A DNA stretch of 64,000 bases from Opitutales bacterium (GTDB lineage Bacteria > Verrucomicrobiota > Verrucomicrobiia > Opitutales > PNEW01): contig CBDANS010000007.1 in assembly GCA_965197745.1 (NCBI GenBank), forward strand, positions 288,001 to 352,000. Reading direction: 5' to 3'. The first letter of the stretch is position 1; each line of letters starts with the position of its first letter. Positions 39,266 through 49,748 of this stretch are shown here, piece after piece. Below the pieces are notes generated by a model. That model was not told where the DNA came from, searched no databases, and saw nothing but the letters and a program-made list of their open reading frames with translations. The position numbers were made by a program, and so were the translations under genes.

Positions 39266-41008
39266 GTGAGTAGTATTTGGCTAGTTCTTGTTGGGGGAAT
39301 AATCTTTTTTTTGGGATACCGTTACTATTCTAAATATATTGCGGAAAAAATATATCGTTTAGATCCCGATTATATTACCCCTGCGCATCAGTTTGAAGAT
39401 GGGGTCGATTTTGTTCCCACTAATAAATATATCCTGTGGGGCCACCATTTCACTTCGATTGCCGGGGCGGCTCCTATTGTGGGACCTGCCATTGCCGTCT
39501 TTTGGGGGTGGCTGCCCGCGTTTTTATGGGTTGTCTTAGGGACTGTTTTTGCCGCCGGTGTCCACGATTTCGGCACGCTGGTAATTTCTATCCGGCACAA
39601 AGGTAACTCCATCGGCACGCTTGCCAACCGGCTAATTGGTCAGCGGGCTAAATTGTTGTTTCTCTTTATTATACTTATCCTAGTCCTCATGGTAAACGCC
39701 GTCTTTGCCTGGGTGATCTCAAAATTATTTATCCAAAATCCCGCAAGTGTGCTTACCGTTTTAATTGAGATACCGTTGGCCCTTTGGATTGGGTATGTCT
39801 ACATAAGAAGAAAAAAAGGAATGCTTGTTCCCTCGATAATCGCCTTAGCGGTGATGTATATAATTGCGATTTTATCGAGCTACAACCCCGCTATGCAAAT
39901 TGATCTCGTTAGGTATCTCGGTGGAGCGGATAAAGTGGTATGGTTCGGATTAAACGGAGTTTCCACCGCATTTTTTATCTGGATCCTGGTCTTAATGATT
40001 TATGTTTACATTGCTTCGACCCTGCCGGTATGGAAACTTTTACAGCCAAGAGATTATATTAATTCGCATCAACTCGTTGTTGGTTTGATCATATTATATT
40101 TAGGCCTGTTCATTACCTATCCAAAGATTACCGCACCGGTGATGAATGCCAATGCCGATGTTTCCTGGTTCCCCCTCCTTTTTATCACTATCGCCTGTGG
40201 TGCGATATCCGGCTTTCACGGTCTTGTCTCGTCAGGTACTTCATCCAAACAGATATATAAAGAGACGGATGCCCGCTTTGTTGGCTATCTGGGTTCCATT
40301 GGTGAAGGCGCGCTGGCCTTGATATCTATTATTGCGGTTGTCACTTTCTTTGGGAGTAAAGGGGAGTTCCTGGGAACTTATAGCAGCTTTTCATCCGCCA
40401 GCAGCGAAGGATTGGGAGCTTTTATTAAGGGAGCCGGTCAATTGGGAACCGGTCTTTTTATTCCCGCCGAGGTAGCCAGAACGATCATCGCCGTTATTGT
40501 TGTCAGCTTTGCCGCGACGACCCTGGATACTTCGGTTCGGTTGATGCGTTATATTATCTCCGAATTGGGAAGTGAATATAAACTGAAGGTATTGACGAAA
40601 AAACACATAGCCACATCCATCGCGGTCTGTTCCAGCGCCGCTCTCGTATTGCTGCCACAGGGGCCTAAGGGTTTTGGATCGGGGGGGTATTTATTATGGC
40701 CGTTATTTGGCACTTCAAACCAACTGCTGGCCGGTATCAGTTTGCTCCTTGTCACCATTTGGTTGAAAAAACAAAAGAGAAATTATCTGGTAACCCTTAT
40801 ACCCATGGTTTTCCTCTTGTTCATGACCTTATGGGCCATGATTAATCAGGTTGTTTTTGAATGGTCAGGGATAGGTGATGCTGAGCGAAACGGGCTGCTT
40901 TTTCTTTTGGGAGCTATTATCATGTGTTTTTCTCTATGGATATTAGCGGAGGCCATCAGAACATTGGTGGGGAAAGGAAAACACGGAGAAATTGAAGAAT
41001 CCGCTTAA
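39266..41008 (+). CDS. cstA: Carbon starvation protein A family transporter
   Basis: TPAH, DGVDFVPT, GHHFTSIAGAAPIVGP, LLQPRDYIN, FITIACGAISGFH, LWPLFGTSNQLLA. Confidence 0.96.
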   Translation: MSSIWLVLVGGIIFFLGYRYYSKYIAEKIYRLDPDYITPAHQFEDGVDFVPTNKYILWGHHFTSIAGAAPIVGPAIAVFWGWLPAFLWVVLGTVFAAGVHDFGTLVISIRHKGNSIGTLANRLIGQRAKLLFLFIILILVLMVNAVFAWVISKLFIQNPASVLTVLIEIPLALWIGYVYIRRKKGMLVPSIIALAVMYIIAILSSYNPAMQIDLVRYLGGADKVVWFGLNGVSTAFFIWILVLMIYVYIASTLPVWKLLQPRDYINSHQLVVGLIILYLGLFITYPKITAPVMNANADVSWFPLLFITIACGAISGFHGLVSSGTSSKQIYKETDARFVGYLGSIGEGALALISIIAVVTFFGSKGEFLGTYSSFSSASSEGLGAFIKGAGQLGTGLFIPAEVARTIIAVIVVSFAATTLDTSVRLMRYIISELGSEYKLKVLTKKHIATSIAVCSSAALVLLPQGPKGFGSGGYLLWPLFGTSNQLLAGISLLLVTIWLKKQKRNYLVTLIPMVFLLFMTLWAMINQVVFEWSGIGDAERNGLLFLLGAIIMCFSLWILAEAIRTLVGKGKHGEIEESA

Positions 41009-41072
41009 GCCCGATATAATCCAGAAAATCGATCCTCACATAATTATAGTTAACTGTATATAGATTCGGGAA

Positions 41073-41348
41073 ATGGCATTAGGTAATAAAAAGAAGTCGC
41101 CCATAAAAAAACTGATCGATGGTTATGATCAAGCCATCAGCCTTTCCCATCAAGCGGAGATTAAGAGAGAGTTAAGGGATGAAGATGACCTCTTCCTGCT
41201 CATGTGCTTTTCAGAATTGTTAGGGATTCCGAATCCGGTCTCCTATTATACAATGGAATTGTACCCGGTGCAGATGGAAAAATTTCACCAGTGGCACTTG
41301 CGTATGGGAATGGATAAGTCACCGCTTGAAGAAATTCGTTGCTGCTAG
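41073..41348 (+). CDS. Small protein ending in Cys-Cys (cory-CC-star-like)
   Basis: RDEDDLFLLMCFSELLGIPNPVSYYTMELYP...FHQWHLRMGMDKSP...RCC-stop, between cstA and an ArsA ATPase; family name recalled, not searched. Confidence 0.8.
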   Translation: MALGNKKKSPIKKLIDGYDQAISLSHQAEIKRELRDEDDLFLLMCFSELLGIPNPVSYYTMELYPVQMEKFHQWHLRMGMDKSPLEEIRCC

Positions 41349-41406
41349 TGATAAGAGATGCAGTTCGCTGATTTTTATAGACTGAAATTATCATTGCTAA
41401 AATGTT

Positions 41407-42357
41407 TTGAATCCTGAACTAAAGATTACTTTTTTCAGTGGCAAAGGGGGGGTAGGTAAGTCGACCATCGCTTCCGCCTATGCGCTGTTTTTATCTTCCC
41501 AGGAGAAAAAAACGCTGCTCGTGTCTACCGATCTTGCGCATAGCCTGGGTAACATTTTTAAAACTGATATCGGAGGGAATGCGACACGGCTTCGCAATGA
41601 TCTGTGGGGTTTGGAAATTGATCCCAAAGGTGAAAACAAACGGTATATCGAGCAGGTTAAAGGATCTTTAAAAGGACTGGTGAAAGCAAAGATGGAGGAT
41701 GAGGTAAACCGGCTGATTCAGTTGGCGAGCGTTTCACCGGGAGCAGAGGAAGCGGCTCTATTTGACGCCATGGTAACCATAGTCCTCGATGAAGGTCTTG
41801 TCTTTGATCGTATCGTTTTTGACACGGCCCCAACCGGTCATGCTATCAGGCTGTTATCACTACCCGAAATGATGAGCGTATGGATAGAGGGAATGTTGAA
41901 TCGGAGAACAAAAGTTACGAAGGATTATTCACAATTGCTTGGTGATGGTGAAATATTAGAGGATCCTGTATACGATTTATTAAACAAAAGAAAACAACGA
42001 TATGCGGCGGCAAAGGATATAATTATGGATGCCAATAAAACCGAAATTGCCTTCGTGCTGATCCCGGAAAAACTCCCCATCATGGAAACGCAAGCCGGTC
42101 TTCATTTATTAACGCATTACTCAATTAAAGTAGACACCCTCCTCGTAAATAAAATTCTCCCTGGAAATATTACGGATCCATTTTTCATAAAACGTAAACG
42201 CCAACAAGTGACTTACATCGATACCATTAAAAAAACTTTCGAAGATCAGGATATTCTGTTACTGCCCCTCTTAGAAGAAGATGTCACCACCCTTCAGGCT
42301 TTGGAAGACCTTAGCAACTACCTGACCCGGAGCAAAGTCCTAAGCATGGAAGGATGA
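41407..42357 (+). CDS. ArsA/Get3 family ATPase (single domain)
   Basis: GKGGVGKST, STDLAHSL, PGAEE, FDTAPTGH, VNK. Confidence 0.93.
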   Translation: MNPELKITFFSGKGGVGKSTIASAYALFLSSQEKKTLLVSTDLAHSLGNIFKTDIGGNATRLRNDLWGLEIDPKGENKRYIEQVKGSLKGLVKAKMEDEVNRLIQLASVSPGAEEAALFDAMVTIVLDEGLVFDRIVFDTAPTGHAIRLLSLPEMMSVWIEGMLNRRTKVTKDYSQLLGDGEILEDPVYDLLNKRKQRYAAAKDIIMDANKTEIAFVLIPEKLPIMETQAGLHLLTHYSIKVDTLLVNKILPGNITDPFFIKRKRQQVTYIDTIKKTFEDQDILLLPLLEEDVTTLQALEDLSNYLTRSKVLSMEG

Positions 42358-43062
42358 GGGAAAAAATATATCATCCAATAAGTTAAAGATGCTCAATTTA
42401 GTTGCTGAAAATATCTGGGAAATTAACCATCCCTTAAAATTGGCCGGTATGAACTTAGGTCATCGGATGACGGTCATCCGGTTAAGAAATGGTGATCTCT
42501 TTATCCATTCACCGGCGCCTCTCGAAGACGCGCTATTCAGTGAATTAAATTCATTGGGTAAGGTAAGTGCGATTGTTGCCCCCAGTCGAATGCATGATCT
42601 TTATCTGAGACTTTACTTTGAAAAATATCCGAACGCGCAATTTTATTGTGCGCCTGGCCTGGCCGAAGAACATCCTCAATTGCCCTTCACGGCCACTTTA
42701 TCATCAGAAAAGAATTATTTCTGGAATAAAGAAATTCAACAATTGCTCGTTCATGGGATGCCGAGAGTCAACGAGGTTGTCTTTCTGCACCGTTCAAGTG
42801 GCAGCCTGATCGTAGCTGACCTCTTGTTTAATTTAGGGAGAAACTGTTCATTTATCACAAAATGTTACCTCCTATTAGCCGGTGCATATCGAAAAGTCAC
42901 CCCCACCAGGCTTTTCAGGTTATTAATAAAAGATCGGAAAGCGATGAAAACATCGATTGGGTAGTGTCTCAGTTTGATATAAAGAAAAAGAAAAGAAAAT
43001 TTGACAAAAATACTATTTTGACAAATTTATATAAAAATATCTTTTTTGCAAAAAATGAAATA

Positions 43063-43284
43063 ATGCCAAAAGGACCAAAAGGACAAAAACGGCCTGCGGA
43101 CGTGATTGGCAATGCTGTAACAGTTGCAAAAATCGCAACGGGTGAAATAGAGGAAACCTGTTACAAACAACCAGCAAAGCGCAATGGTGGTTTAATAGGC
43201 GGTAAAGCACGTGCTGAATCATTAACGCGTGAGCAAAGAACTAAGATTGCTAAGAAAGCCGCCGCGAAAAGATGGGGAAAGTAA
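43063..43284 (+). CDS. Small basic protein of IS1-like elements (GGKARA motif)
   Basis: MPKGPKGQKRPADVIGNAV...GGLIGGKARAESLTREQRTKIAKKAAAKRW, 73 aa. Confidence 0.8.
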   Translation: MPKGPKGQKRPADVIGNAVTVAKIATGEIEETCYKQPAKRNGGLIGGKARAESLTREQRTKIAKKAAAKRWGK

Positions 43285-43317
43285 ATTAACTTTCCTAACC
43301 TAAAGTAGCCAACAATT

Positions 43318-43710
43318 ATGGCTGAAACAAATGATAAACCAGAAGGACTGGCGGTTATAATATGCGATAATATCATTACAGATCCTTCAACGAACAAAAA
43401 GACATTATTTGGGCTATTTAATAATATCAATGCCCCTTCTTTTCCAGTCAATCTTCAGAAGATATGCATATTTGTCACGATATATAATGGTAATGGAAAA
43501 TATAATGCAAATTTTAAGATCATACATAGCGATGATAGTGAAGCTATTTACGAAGCAAAAGGCCCTGTTAAATTCGAAGACCCAAACCACGTCGTTGAAA
43601 TGGGATTTATAATTGAGGACTTAGTATTTCCAAAACCCGGAATTTATAGCATTGAATTTTATTGTGATGAAGAATTGATTTCTGACCGCCGATTTACAGT
43701 AAATAAATAA
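43318..43710 (+). CDS. IS passenger protein (DUF6941-like beta-sandwich)
   Basis: IICDNIITD...KKTLFGLFN...FPKPGIYSIEF pattern. Confidence 0.75.
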   Translation: MAETNDKPEGLAVIICDNIITDPSTNKKTLFGLFNNINAPSFPVNLQKICIFVTIYNGNGKYNANFKIIHSDDSEAIYEAKGPVKFEDPNHVVEMGFIIEDLVFPKPGIYSIEFYCDEELISDRRFTVNK

Positions 43711-43738
43711 CAAAACAAATAAACAACTATAATTAATT

Positions 43739-43927
43739 ATGGCACAACATATTACAGAACAATTGCCCATATTTGAAGACAAGCCACCAAAGGTAATAGG
43801 GCGAGGTGGAGTTCTTAAGGTAGACTACTATGAATATGTCTCCAAATCTCCTTTGCCAAACTCAGAAGACTCAGATGATTTAACCTGTATAAAAAATCGT
43901 CAAGATCCGAAACGTTGGACAAAGTAG
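43739..43927 (+). CDS. Small hypothetical passenger protein; 3' end possibly corrupted
   Basis: ATG 28 nt after the previous stop on the same strand; the 3' part enters the mosaic region. Confidence 0.4.
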   Translation: MAQHITEQLPIFEDKPPKVIGRGGVLKVDYYEYVSKSPLPNSEDSDDLTCIKNRQDPKRWTK

Positions 43928-43954
43928 TTCAAGACTTGGGAATTAATTATTCGT

Positions 43955-44393
43955 CGCGCCTGGCCTAGATAAGGCCGAAGACTTAGAATATTAGACATCC
44001 TCAAGGCTTTGCCCTTCACGAAGGCCATCTTTATCATCAGAAAAGAATTATTTCTGGAATAAAGAAATTCAACAATTGCTCGTTCATGGGATGCCGAGAG
44101 TCAACGATGTAAAAGCTACGCGTGTTCAGTGTGATGAAATCTGGTCTTTTTGTTACGCTAAGGACAAAAATATTCCTACTGCTAAGGCCGCACCACAAGA
44201 CGCAGGCGATGTCTGGTGGCAGCCTGATCGTAGCTGACCTCTTGTTTTTAATTTAGGGAGAAACTGTTCATTTATCACAAAATGTTACCTCCTATTAGCC
44301 GGTGCATATCGAAAAGTCACCCCCACCAGGCTTTTCAGGTACGTATTCACAAGTTAAAGGTAAAAGATCGGAAAGCGATGAAAACATCGATTG
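43955..44393 (+). repeat. Mosaic second copy of about 42650-42959 (DUF4336 3' half)
   Basis: Long exact blocks (e.g. TTATCATCAGAAAAGAATTATTTCTGG...GAGTCAACGA) interleaved with short foreign inserts. Confidence 0.9.
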
Positions 44394-44588
44394 AAATTAT
44401 GCTCCTCTGGGAGTTCGATCGCATTATCGTGGGGCACGGGGATATTGTTAATTCTTCCGGCAAGGATGCTTTGCGTAATGCTTACGCCTCGTTGTTGAAT
44501 AATGCGTGAGTTCGTCGATTGATACAGGGGCGAAACTCGGGTGAGCAGATGGCCACTTCTTGTTGCTACTCTTTACTTCTGTGGATAT

Positions 44589-46916
44589 TCACTTATCGGT
44601 GGCAGGTGATATTATTTTGTCTCGAAAAGCTTTAGCTGTGAGAACCATATTTTTGAGGGCCGGTTTGACCTCCTCCCATTGACGTGTTTTCAGTCCGCAG
44701 TCGGGATTGACCCAGATATTCTCTTTGGGGAGAACTTCTATCGCTTTTTGCAGAAGATTGTCCATCTCCTGCACATCGGGAATCCGGGGTGAATGAATAT
44801 CATAAACACCAGGACCGATTTCATTAGGGTAATTGAATTTTGCAAAGACATCGAGCAATTCCATGTTAGAGCGGGAAGTTTCAATAGAAATGATGTCGGC
44901 ATCGAGATTGGCAATCGACTCAATAATATCATTAAACTCTGAATAGCACATATGGGTATGAATTTGTGTGTCATCGCGCACACCGCTCGAACAGAGACGA
45001 AAGGCTTTAACGGACCAGTCGAGGTAATAATGCCAATCCTCTCGCCGTAAAGGGAGACCCTCACGCAAAGCAGGTTCATCAATCTGAATGGCTGCAATAC
45101 CAGCTTTTTCCAGATCATTCACTTCGTCTCGAATCGCGAGGGCTATTTGTTTAGCGGTCTCTCCACGTGGTTGGTCATCACGGACAAAACTCCATTGTAA
45201 TATTGTTATGGGTCCGGTGAGCATTCCCTTCATGGGTTTATTCGTTAACGATTGCGCATAACTCGACCATCGCGTCGTCATCGGAGTAGGACGTGAAACA
45301 TCGCCGAATATAATGGGTGGTTTTACATAACGTGATCCGTAACTCTGTACCCACCCGTTTTGGGTAAAAGTAAAACCTCCCAATCGTTCACCAAAATACT
45401 CCACCATATCATTGCGCTCGAATTCCCCATGGACCGGCATATCAATATCAATCTCATTCTGAAATTCGACGACATTCTTTATTTCGCTTTCAAGGAAGGT
45501 TTCATAATCCTCGGTTGAAATTTGGCCTTTTTTGTGTTTTGCGCGCATAGAACGGACTTCTTTAGTTTGTGGAAATGAGCCAATGACCGTCGTTGGGAAA
45601 ATTGGCAGGTTGATTTTATCATGTTGAACCTGCTGTCGTACTGGAAACGACGAATTTCTTTTTAAGTAGTCTTCGGTCACTGCGGCACATCGTTCTTTGA
45701 CTGCCGGATTGTGGATGCGCTTGCTCTCGCGTCTGGAGAAAATCGACTGTCGATTGGAAGCGATATAATTTTCATCACTTTGATTATCGAGTATTCTTGC
45801 CAGAGCGGTAACTTCGTTCAGTTTCTCTTCCGCGAATGAGAGCCAGCTTTTAAATTCATCGTCAAGATCATGCTCGTTTCTAAGCGTTATCGGTGAATGC
45901 AGAAGCGAACAGGAAGGTGCTATTATTAAACGTTCGTTGCCCACGACGGTGCGTGCTTTTTCAAGCAGTACCAACGAGTGTTCAAAATCGTTTTTCCAAA
46001 CGTTTCGTCCATTTATTACACCCAACGATAATAATTTATTTTCAGGATAGGCAGCTAGAACAGTATCTAATTCATCAAATGCGCGCACAGCGTCGATATG
46101 CAATGCGTCTGCCGGTAAATTGATAAAGGATTCCAGGTTATCGCACAATTTGCCGAAATAGGATGCCACCATAATTTTCAGTGTGGTTAATCCGGATGTA
46201 ATATTATCATAAATCATCTTCAGCGCCAGGCGTTGATCAGAGGTTAAATTAAGAGCAAGAACCGGTTCGTCTATCTCGACCCATTCTGCTCCCTGAGCTT
46301 CCAGCTTTTTTAATATCTCAATATATACGGGAATAAGTTTTTTAATAAGATCGATGAAGTCAGAATCGCAGCTGTTTTTCCCCTGAACCTTTCCCAAAAT
46401 CAAATAAGTTAATGGCCCGATGATGACAGGTTTCGTTTTTATTCCCAATTCCAACGCTTCCTGGAATTCATCAAAAAGTTTTTCCGATGAGAGCTTAAAG
46501 GCTGTATCCTTATTATATTCGGGTACGATATAATGGTAGTTGGTGTCGAACCATTTTGTCATTTCACATGCGTATGTGGATAAAGAGTCAGCCCTTTGTC
46601 CTTTACCGCGCGCTATTAAAAATCTTATGTCCAGATCTATCATCTCACCATTCCACTTAAAGCGGGGAGGGACGTTGCCCAGAAGACAACTCATATCGAG
46701 CATCCGGTCGTAAAAACTGAAGTCATTCGACGGGATTAAATCGATGCCCATTTCTTTTTGTTTCAGCCAGTTGGCTTTACGTATGGAAGCACCCGTTGCC
46801 TTGAGTTCAACTGCCTCTATCTTACCTCTCCAATAGGCTTCAGTAGCTTTTTTTAACTCACGCTTCTCTCCAATGCGGGGATAGCCGAGGTTTTGTGTCA
46901 GTACCTTATCTTTCAT
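44589..46916 (-). CDS. metE: Cobalamin-independent methionine synthase
   Basis: LGYPRIGEKRELK, KWFDTNYHY, HGEFERNDMV, HTHMCYSEF, WVNPDCGLKTR. Confidence 0.99.
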   Translation of the reverse strand: MKDKVLTQNLGYPRIGEKRELKKATEAYWRGKIEAVELKATGASIRKANWLKQKEMGIDLIPSNDFSFYDRMLDMSCLLGNVPPRFKWNGEMIDLDIRFLIARGKGQRADSLSTYACEMTKWFDTNYHYIVPEYNKDTAFKLSSEKLFDEFQEALELGIKTKPVIIGPLTYLILGKVQGKNSCDSDFIDLIKKLIPVYIEILKKLEAQGAEWVEIDEPVLALNLTSDQRLALKMIYDNITSGLTTLKIMVASYFGKLCDNLESFINLPADALHIDAVRAFDELDTVLAAYPENKLLSLGVINGRNVWKNDFEHSLVLLEKARTVVGNERLIIAPSCSLLHSPITLRNEHDLDDEFKSWLSFAEEKLNEVTALARILDNQSDENYIASNRQSIFSRRESKRIHNPAVKERCAAVTEDYLKRNSSFPVRQQVQHDKINLPIFPTTVIGSFPQTKEVRSMRAKHKKGQISTEDYETFLESEIKNVVEFQNEIDIDMPVHGEFERNDMVEYFGERLGGFTFTQNGWVQSYGSRYVKPPIIFGDVSRPTPMTTRWSSYAQSLTNKPMKGMLTGPITILQWSFVRDDQPRGETAKQIALAIRDEVNDLEKAGIAAIQIDEPALREGLPLRREDWHYYLDWSVKAFRLCSSGVRDDTQIHTHMCYSEFNDIIESIANLDADIISIETSRSNMELLDVFAKFNYPNEIGPGVYDIHSPRIPDVQEMDNLLQKAIEVLPKENIWVNPDCGLKTRQWEEVKPALKNMVLTAKAFRDKIISPATDK

Positions 46917-47059
46917 ATCATCTTATAGTTATATATTGATATGTATATGAATCGACGATAGATGCCAATCAAAAAGTAACATAAAATACTCTATCGGTAA
47001 ATAACTGGAGGCTTTAGAGAAAGGGCCGCAATGAATCAGCCCTGAATGAAGGTACCGAT

Positions 47060-48658
47060 TCAGGACGGGTCCTGAGAGGTTTTAACCTCTATCACTTCCA
47101 CGTCATGAGGTGAAGCTTCTCGCTGTCCTGCGGGAGAGACTTTGATATAACGCGCTCGCTCTTTGAGCTCAGACAGATCCACCGCGCCCAGGTATCCCAT
47201 GCCTGACTGAATACCACCGACTATTTGAGTCATCAGTTTATCGAGCGAGTCGGTTACTTCCTTCAGTGCTTCAACACCTTCTGCTGCAACCTTGCGCGGC
47301 GGTTCATTTATGCTGTGTCCATAGCGTGCAACGGAGCCTGCCTTCATTGCCTCCAGGCTTCCCATACCGCGGTATTGCTTATAAATTTTTCCGTTTATCT
47401 CCATAATTTTTCCAGGAGCTTCACGACAACCGGCAAGGAGGGCTCCACAGATGACAGCATCGGCGAGGGTGAGCGCTTTCACGATATCTCCGGATTTAGT
47501 AATTCCGCCATCGGCAAGTATGGTTACACCCTGACTCGCAGCTTTGCGGGAAGCTACGTAAAGGGCGGTTAACTGGGGGACACCAACGCCGGTGACAACA
47601 CGCGTGGTGCAAATAGAACCGGGTCCTTGACCAATCTTGATCGCATCTGCTCCGGATTCGGCAAGAAAAGCAACTCCTTCAGCGCTGGTAATATTGCCGG
47701 CGATAATAGTCAGGTCCTTAAATACACTTCTGATCGTTCGCACCGCTTCGCCAACACCCTGGGAATGACCGTGAGCAGTCGAAATTGCCACCGCATCGAG
47801 ACCTTCGTCGACAAGGCTCCCAACGTGATCAATGATGCGGTCCTGGTCGATTTCGTCGACACCGGTTCGAGCGGCTGAGACAGCGGCGCCGCAAACTAAT
47901 CGGAAAGAACTATCCCGTGCAGGTTTACGGCGTGAATGGGCTTCCTGCATGATACGCTCTATATCGCTTAAAGTGAAGAGACCACGTAAACGGTTATTCT
48001 CGTCGACAACCAGTAACTTATGGATGCCCATGTGTTCGTTAAAAAATTTATCTGCCGCAGCGATGGGATCGTCAGCTATATCCTTCTCTAGAACAGTAAA
48101 GACCTGATCGCGTGGAGTCATAGCTTCATGCACCATTTTACTGCTATAGCGTTCCTTGACGACTAAGCCGGAGAGCAGGCCAACAAAAATGCCCTTATCA
48201 TCGACTACAGGGAAGGTGTGAAATTCGTATTTTTTCTCTTGAATTAAATTAAGGACATCACCGATGTGCTGATCCGGTATTATAGTGATGGGCTCCTGAA
48301 TCAGTCCGTGAATATGGTTTTTTACCCGCGCCACTTCTTTAACCTGCTGTTCTTTAGGCAGGTTGTAATGGATAAGGCCAAGCCCCCCCTGTTGTGCCAT
48401 TGCGATCGCCATGCTAGCTTCAGTTACCGTATCCATATCAGAAGATATGATAGGTATCTGCAGGGTTAAGGATTCTGAAATCTTCGTATCTAACCGAATA
48501 TCGCTTGGCGACAAAGTGGAAAAGCGAGAAGCCAGCGTTACATCGTCATAAGTAAGCCCATAGGGCAGTTGCAGGGGAAAAAACGTGTCAGCTGATTGGT
48601 AAAAAGCAGAGTCCGTCTCATCTACTACGGATTCGGTATCGCTATCTAGTATCGCCAT
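47060..48658 (-). CDS. guaB: IMP dehydrogenase
   Basis: [18 protein letters not shown] pair, [20 protein letters not shown]. Confidence 0.96.
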   Translation of the reverse strand: MAILDSDTESVVDETDSAFYQSADTFFPLQLPYGLTYDDVTLASRFSTLSPSDIRLDTKISESLTLQIPIISSDMDTVTEASMAIAMAQQGGLGLIHYNLPKEQQVKEVARVKNHIHGLIQEPITIIPDQHIGDVLNLIQEKKYEFHTFPVVDDKGIFVGLLSGLVVKERYSSKMVHEAMTPRDQVFTVLEKDIADDPIAAADKFFNEHMGIHKLLVVDENNRLRGLFTLSDIERIMQEAHSRRKPARDSSFRLVCGAAVSAARTGVDEIDQDRIIDHVGSLVDEGLDAVAISTAHGHSQGVGEAVRTIRSVFKDLTIIAGNITSAEGVAFLAESGADAIKIGQGPGSICTTRVVTGVGVPQLTALYVASRKAASQGVTILADGGITKSGDIVKALTLADAVICGALLAGCREAPGKIMEINGKIYKQYRGMGSLEAMKAGSVARYGHSINEPPRKVAAEGVEALKEVTDSLDKLMTQIVGGIQSGMGYLGAVDLSELKERARYIKVSPAGQREASPHDVEVIEVKTSQDPS

Positions 48659-48737
48659 GTTGAAAAATGTCAGAAATGTTTAGAAGAATCAAGTGTAAAT
48701 AATAGGGAGATTAATTTTAGGTGTTCTCGCTTTGCTC

Positions 48738-49748
48738 ATGGATTATCGTTTTGAATTTAAATTTTATCGCAGGCAATTCTGTCAAGAATTGGTAACCGGT
48801 CACGGAGGATGGAACATTCGCGAGGGCTTGCTTGTGCGATTGGAGGATGAAAGCAACGTGATTGGATACGGTGAGATCGCGCCTATGCCTTTGTTTGGCA
48901 GCGAGAGTATAGATGAAGCGGGTGATTATTGCCGTCATCTCAATGGCCGTATTAATGATTCTTCCATTGATTCGATGGACTATAACTTACCTGCTTGTCG
49001 CTTTGCCCTGGAAAGTGCGCGTGATACAATCCAGCGTGGAATTGGAAACAGCGAAAAGAGGGAGGTGCGGGTAGCAGCCTTACTGCCCCATGGTGAAAAT
49101 GGTTTAAAAAATTTAAAGAAATATTCTGAGCGGGGTTTTACTACTTACAAATGGAAAATGGGAGTGAATGAATTAGAAGATGAACAGTCCGTATTCGCAA
49201 GAATCGTCAAGGCCTTACCTGATAATGCCCGTATCCGCCTTGATGCGAATGGGGCGTTAACGGTTCGACAAGCCGAAGACTGGCTTAAGATCCTCGATGA
49301 TCACGACATCGAGTTCCTTGAGCAACCCCTTCCGCCATCGGAGATGAATTCCATGTATGAACTAACACGAAAGTATCGAACACCTATCGCGCTTGATGAA
49401 TCCGTGGCTACTTTCGAGAATCTTAAAAACACCGTTGACCGGGGGTGGCCAGGATTACTCATAGTCAAGCCATCGATCATGGGGTCCCTTACCGCATGGT
49501 ACACCTGGAGATCTCAATCTCATACTCCCGTGATATTTTCTTCAGTATTTGAAACCGCCATCGGTTTTCAGGCAGGACTTAAACTGGCCGCTGCCTGCGA
49601 GATGCAGGATTACGCTGCTGGATATGGAACTAACAGTTATTTTTTAGATGACGGGTTTTCCCTGCACGGAGACGGTCCCATCTTAAACGCCGATTTGTGC
49701 ACACTCGAAGATTTTGAAAAAATATGGAGACTGATTGGGAAAAATTAA
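48738..49748 (+). CDS. menC: o-Succinylbenzoate synthase
   Basis: GEIAP, KWK, RLDANG, EQP, ALDES, SSVFETAIG; adjacent to menE. Confidence 0.9.
   Translation: MDYRFEFKFYRRQFCQELVTGHGGWNIREGLLVRLEDESNVIGYGEIAPMPLFGSESIDEAGDYCRHLNGRINDSSIDSMDYNLPACRFALESARDTIQRGIGNSEKREVRVAALLPHGENGLKNLKKYSERGFTTYKWKMGVNELEDEQSVFARIVKALPDNARIRLDANGALTVRQAEDWLKILDDHDIEFLEQPLPPSEMNSMYELTRKYRTPIALDESVATFENLKNTVDRGWPGLLIVKPSIMGSLTAWYTWRSQSHTPVIFSSVFETAIGFQAGLKLAAACEMQDYAAGYGTNSYFLDDGFSLHGDGPILNADLCTLEDFEKIWRLIGKN

Larger units (their letters stand above)
42960..44353 (+). mobile_element. IS1-family-like element with passenger genes; transposase present only as fragments, right end not seen
   Basis: Terminal GGTAGTGTCTCAGTTTGA at 42960 exactly where the host gene breaks; AT-rich interior; transposase peptides VQCDEIWSFCYAKDKN...AGDVW (44109-44216) and VRIHK (44339-44353). 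Confidence 0.75.
42389..44509 (+). pseudogene. DUF4336 (metallo-hydrolase-like) gene interrupted by an IS
   Basis: RMTVIRL...HSP...VAPSRMHDL...EVVFLH...LIVADL at 42389-42959. The native C-terminus (KTSI)EIMLLWEFDRIIVGHG...NNA lies at 44394-44509. Confidence 0.8.

Noticed and set aside
41407..42357. Arsenite resistance ATPase
   Set aside because: Single domain, no Cys residues, and no arsB/acr3/arsC/arsD/arsR nearby.
42862..43062. N-terminal extension of the 140-aa ORF, and ORF 44282-44509 as separate genes
   Set aside because: Both are off-frame read-throughs of DUF4336 sequence across the IS junction or mosaic region.
46917..47059. Cobalamin/SAM riboswitch or SahR-type operator upstream of metE
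   Set aside because: Only 143 AT-rich bp with no aptamer core; the ATATCA...TGATAT symmetry is too weak to call.
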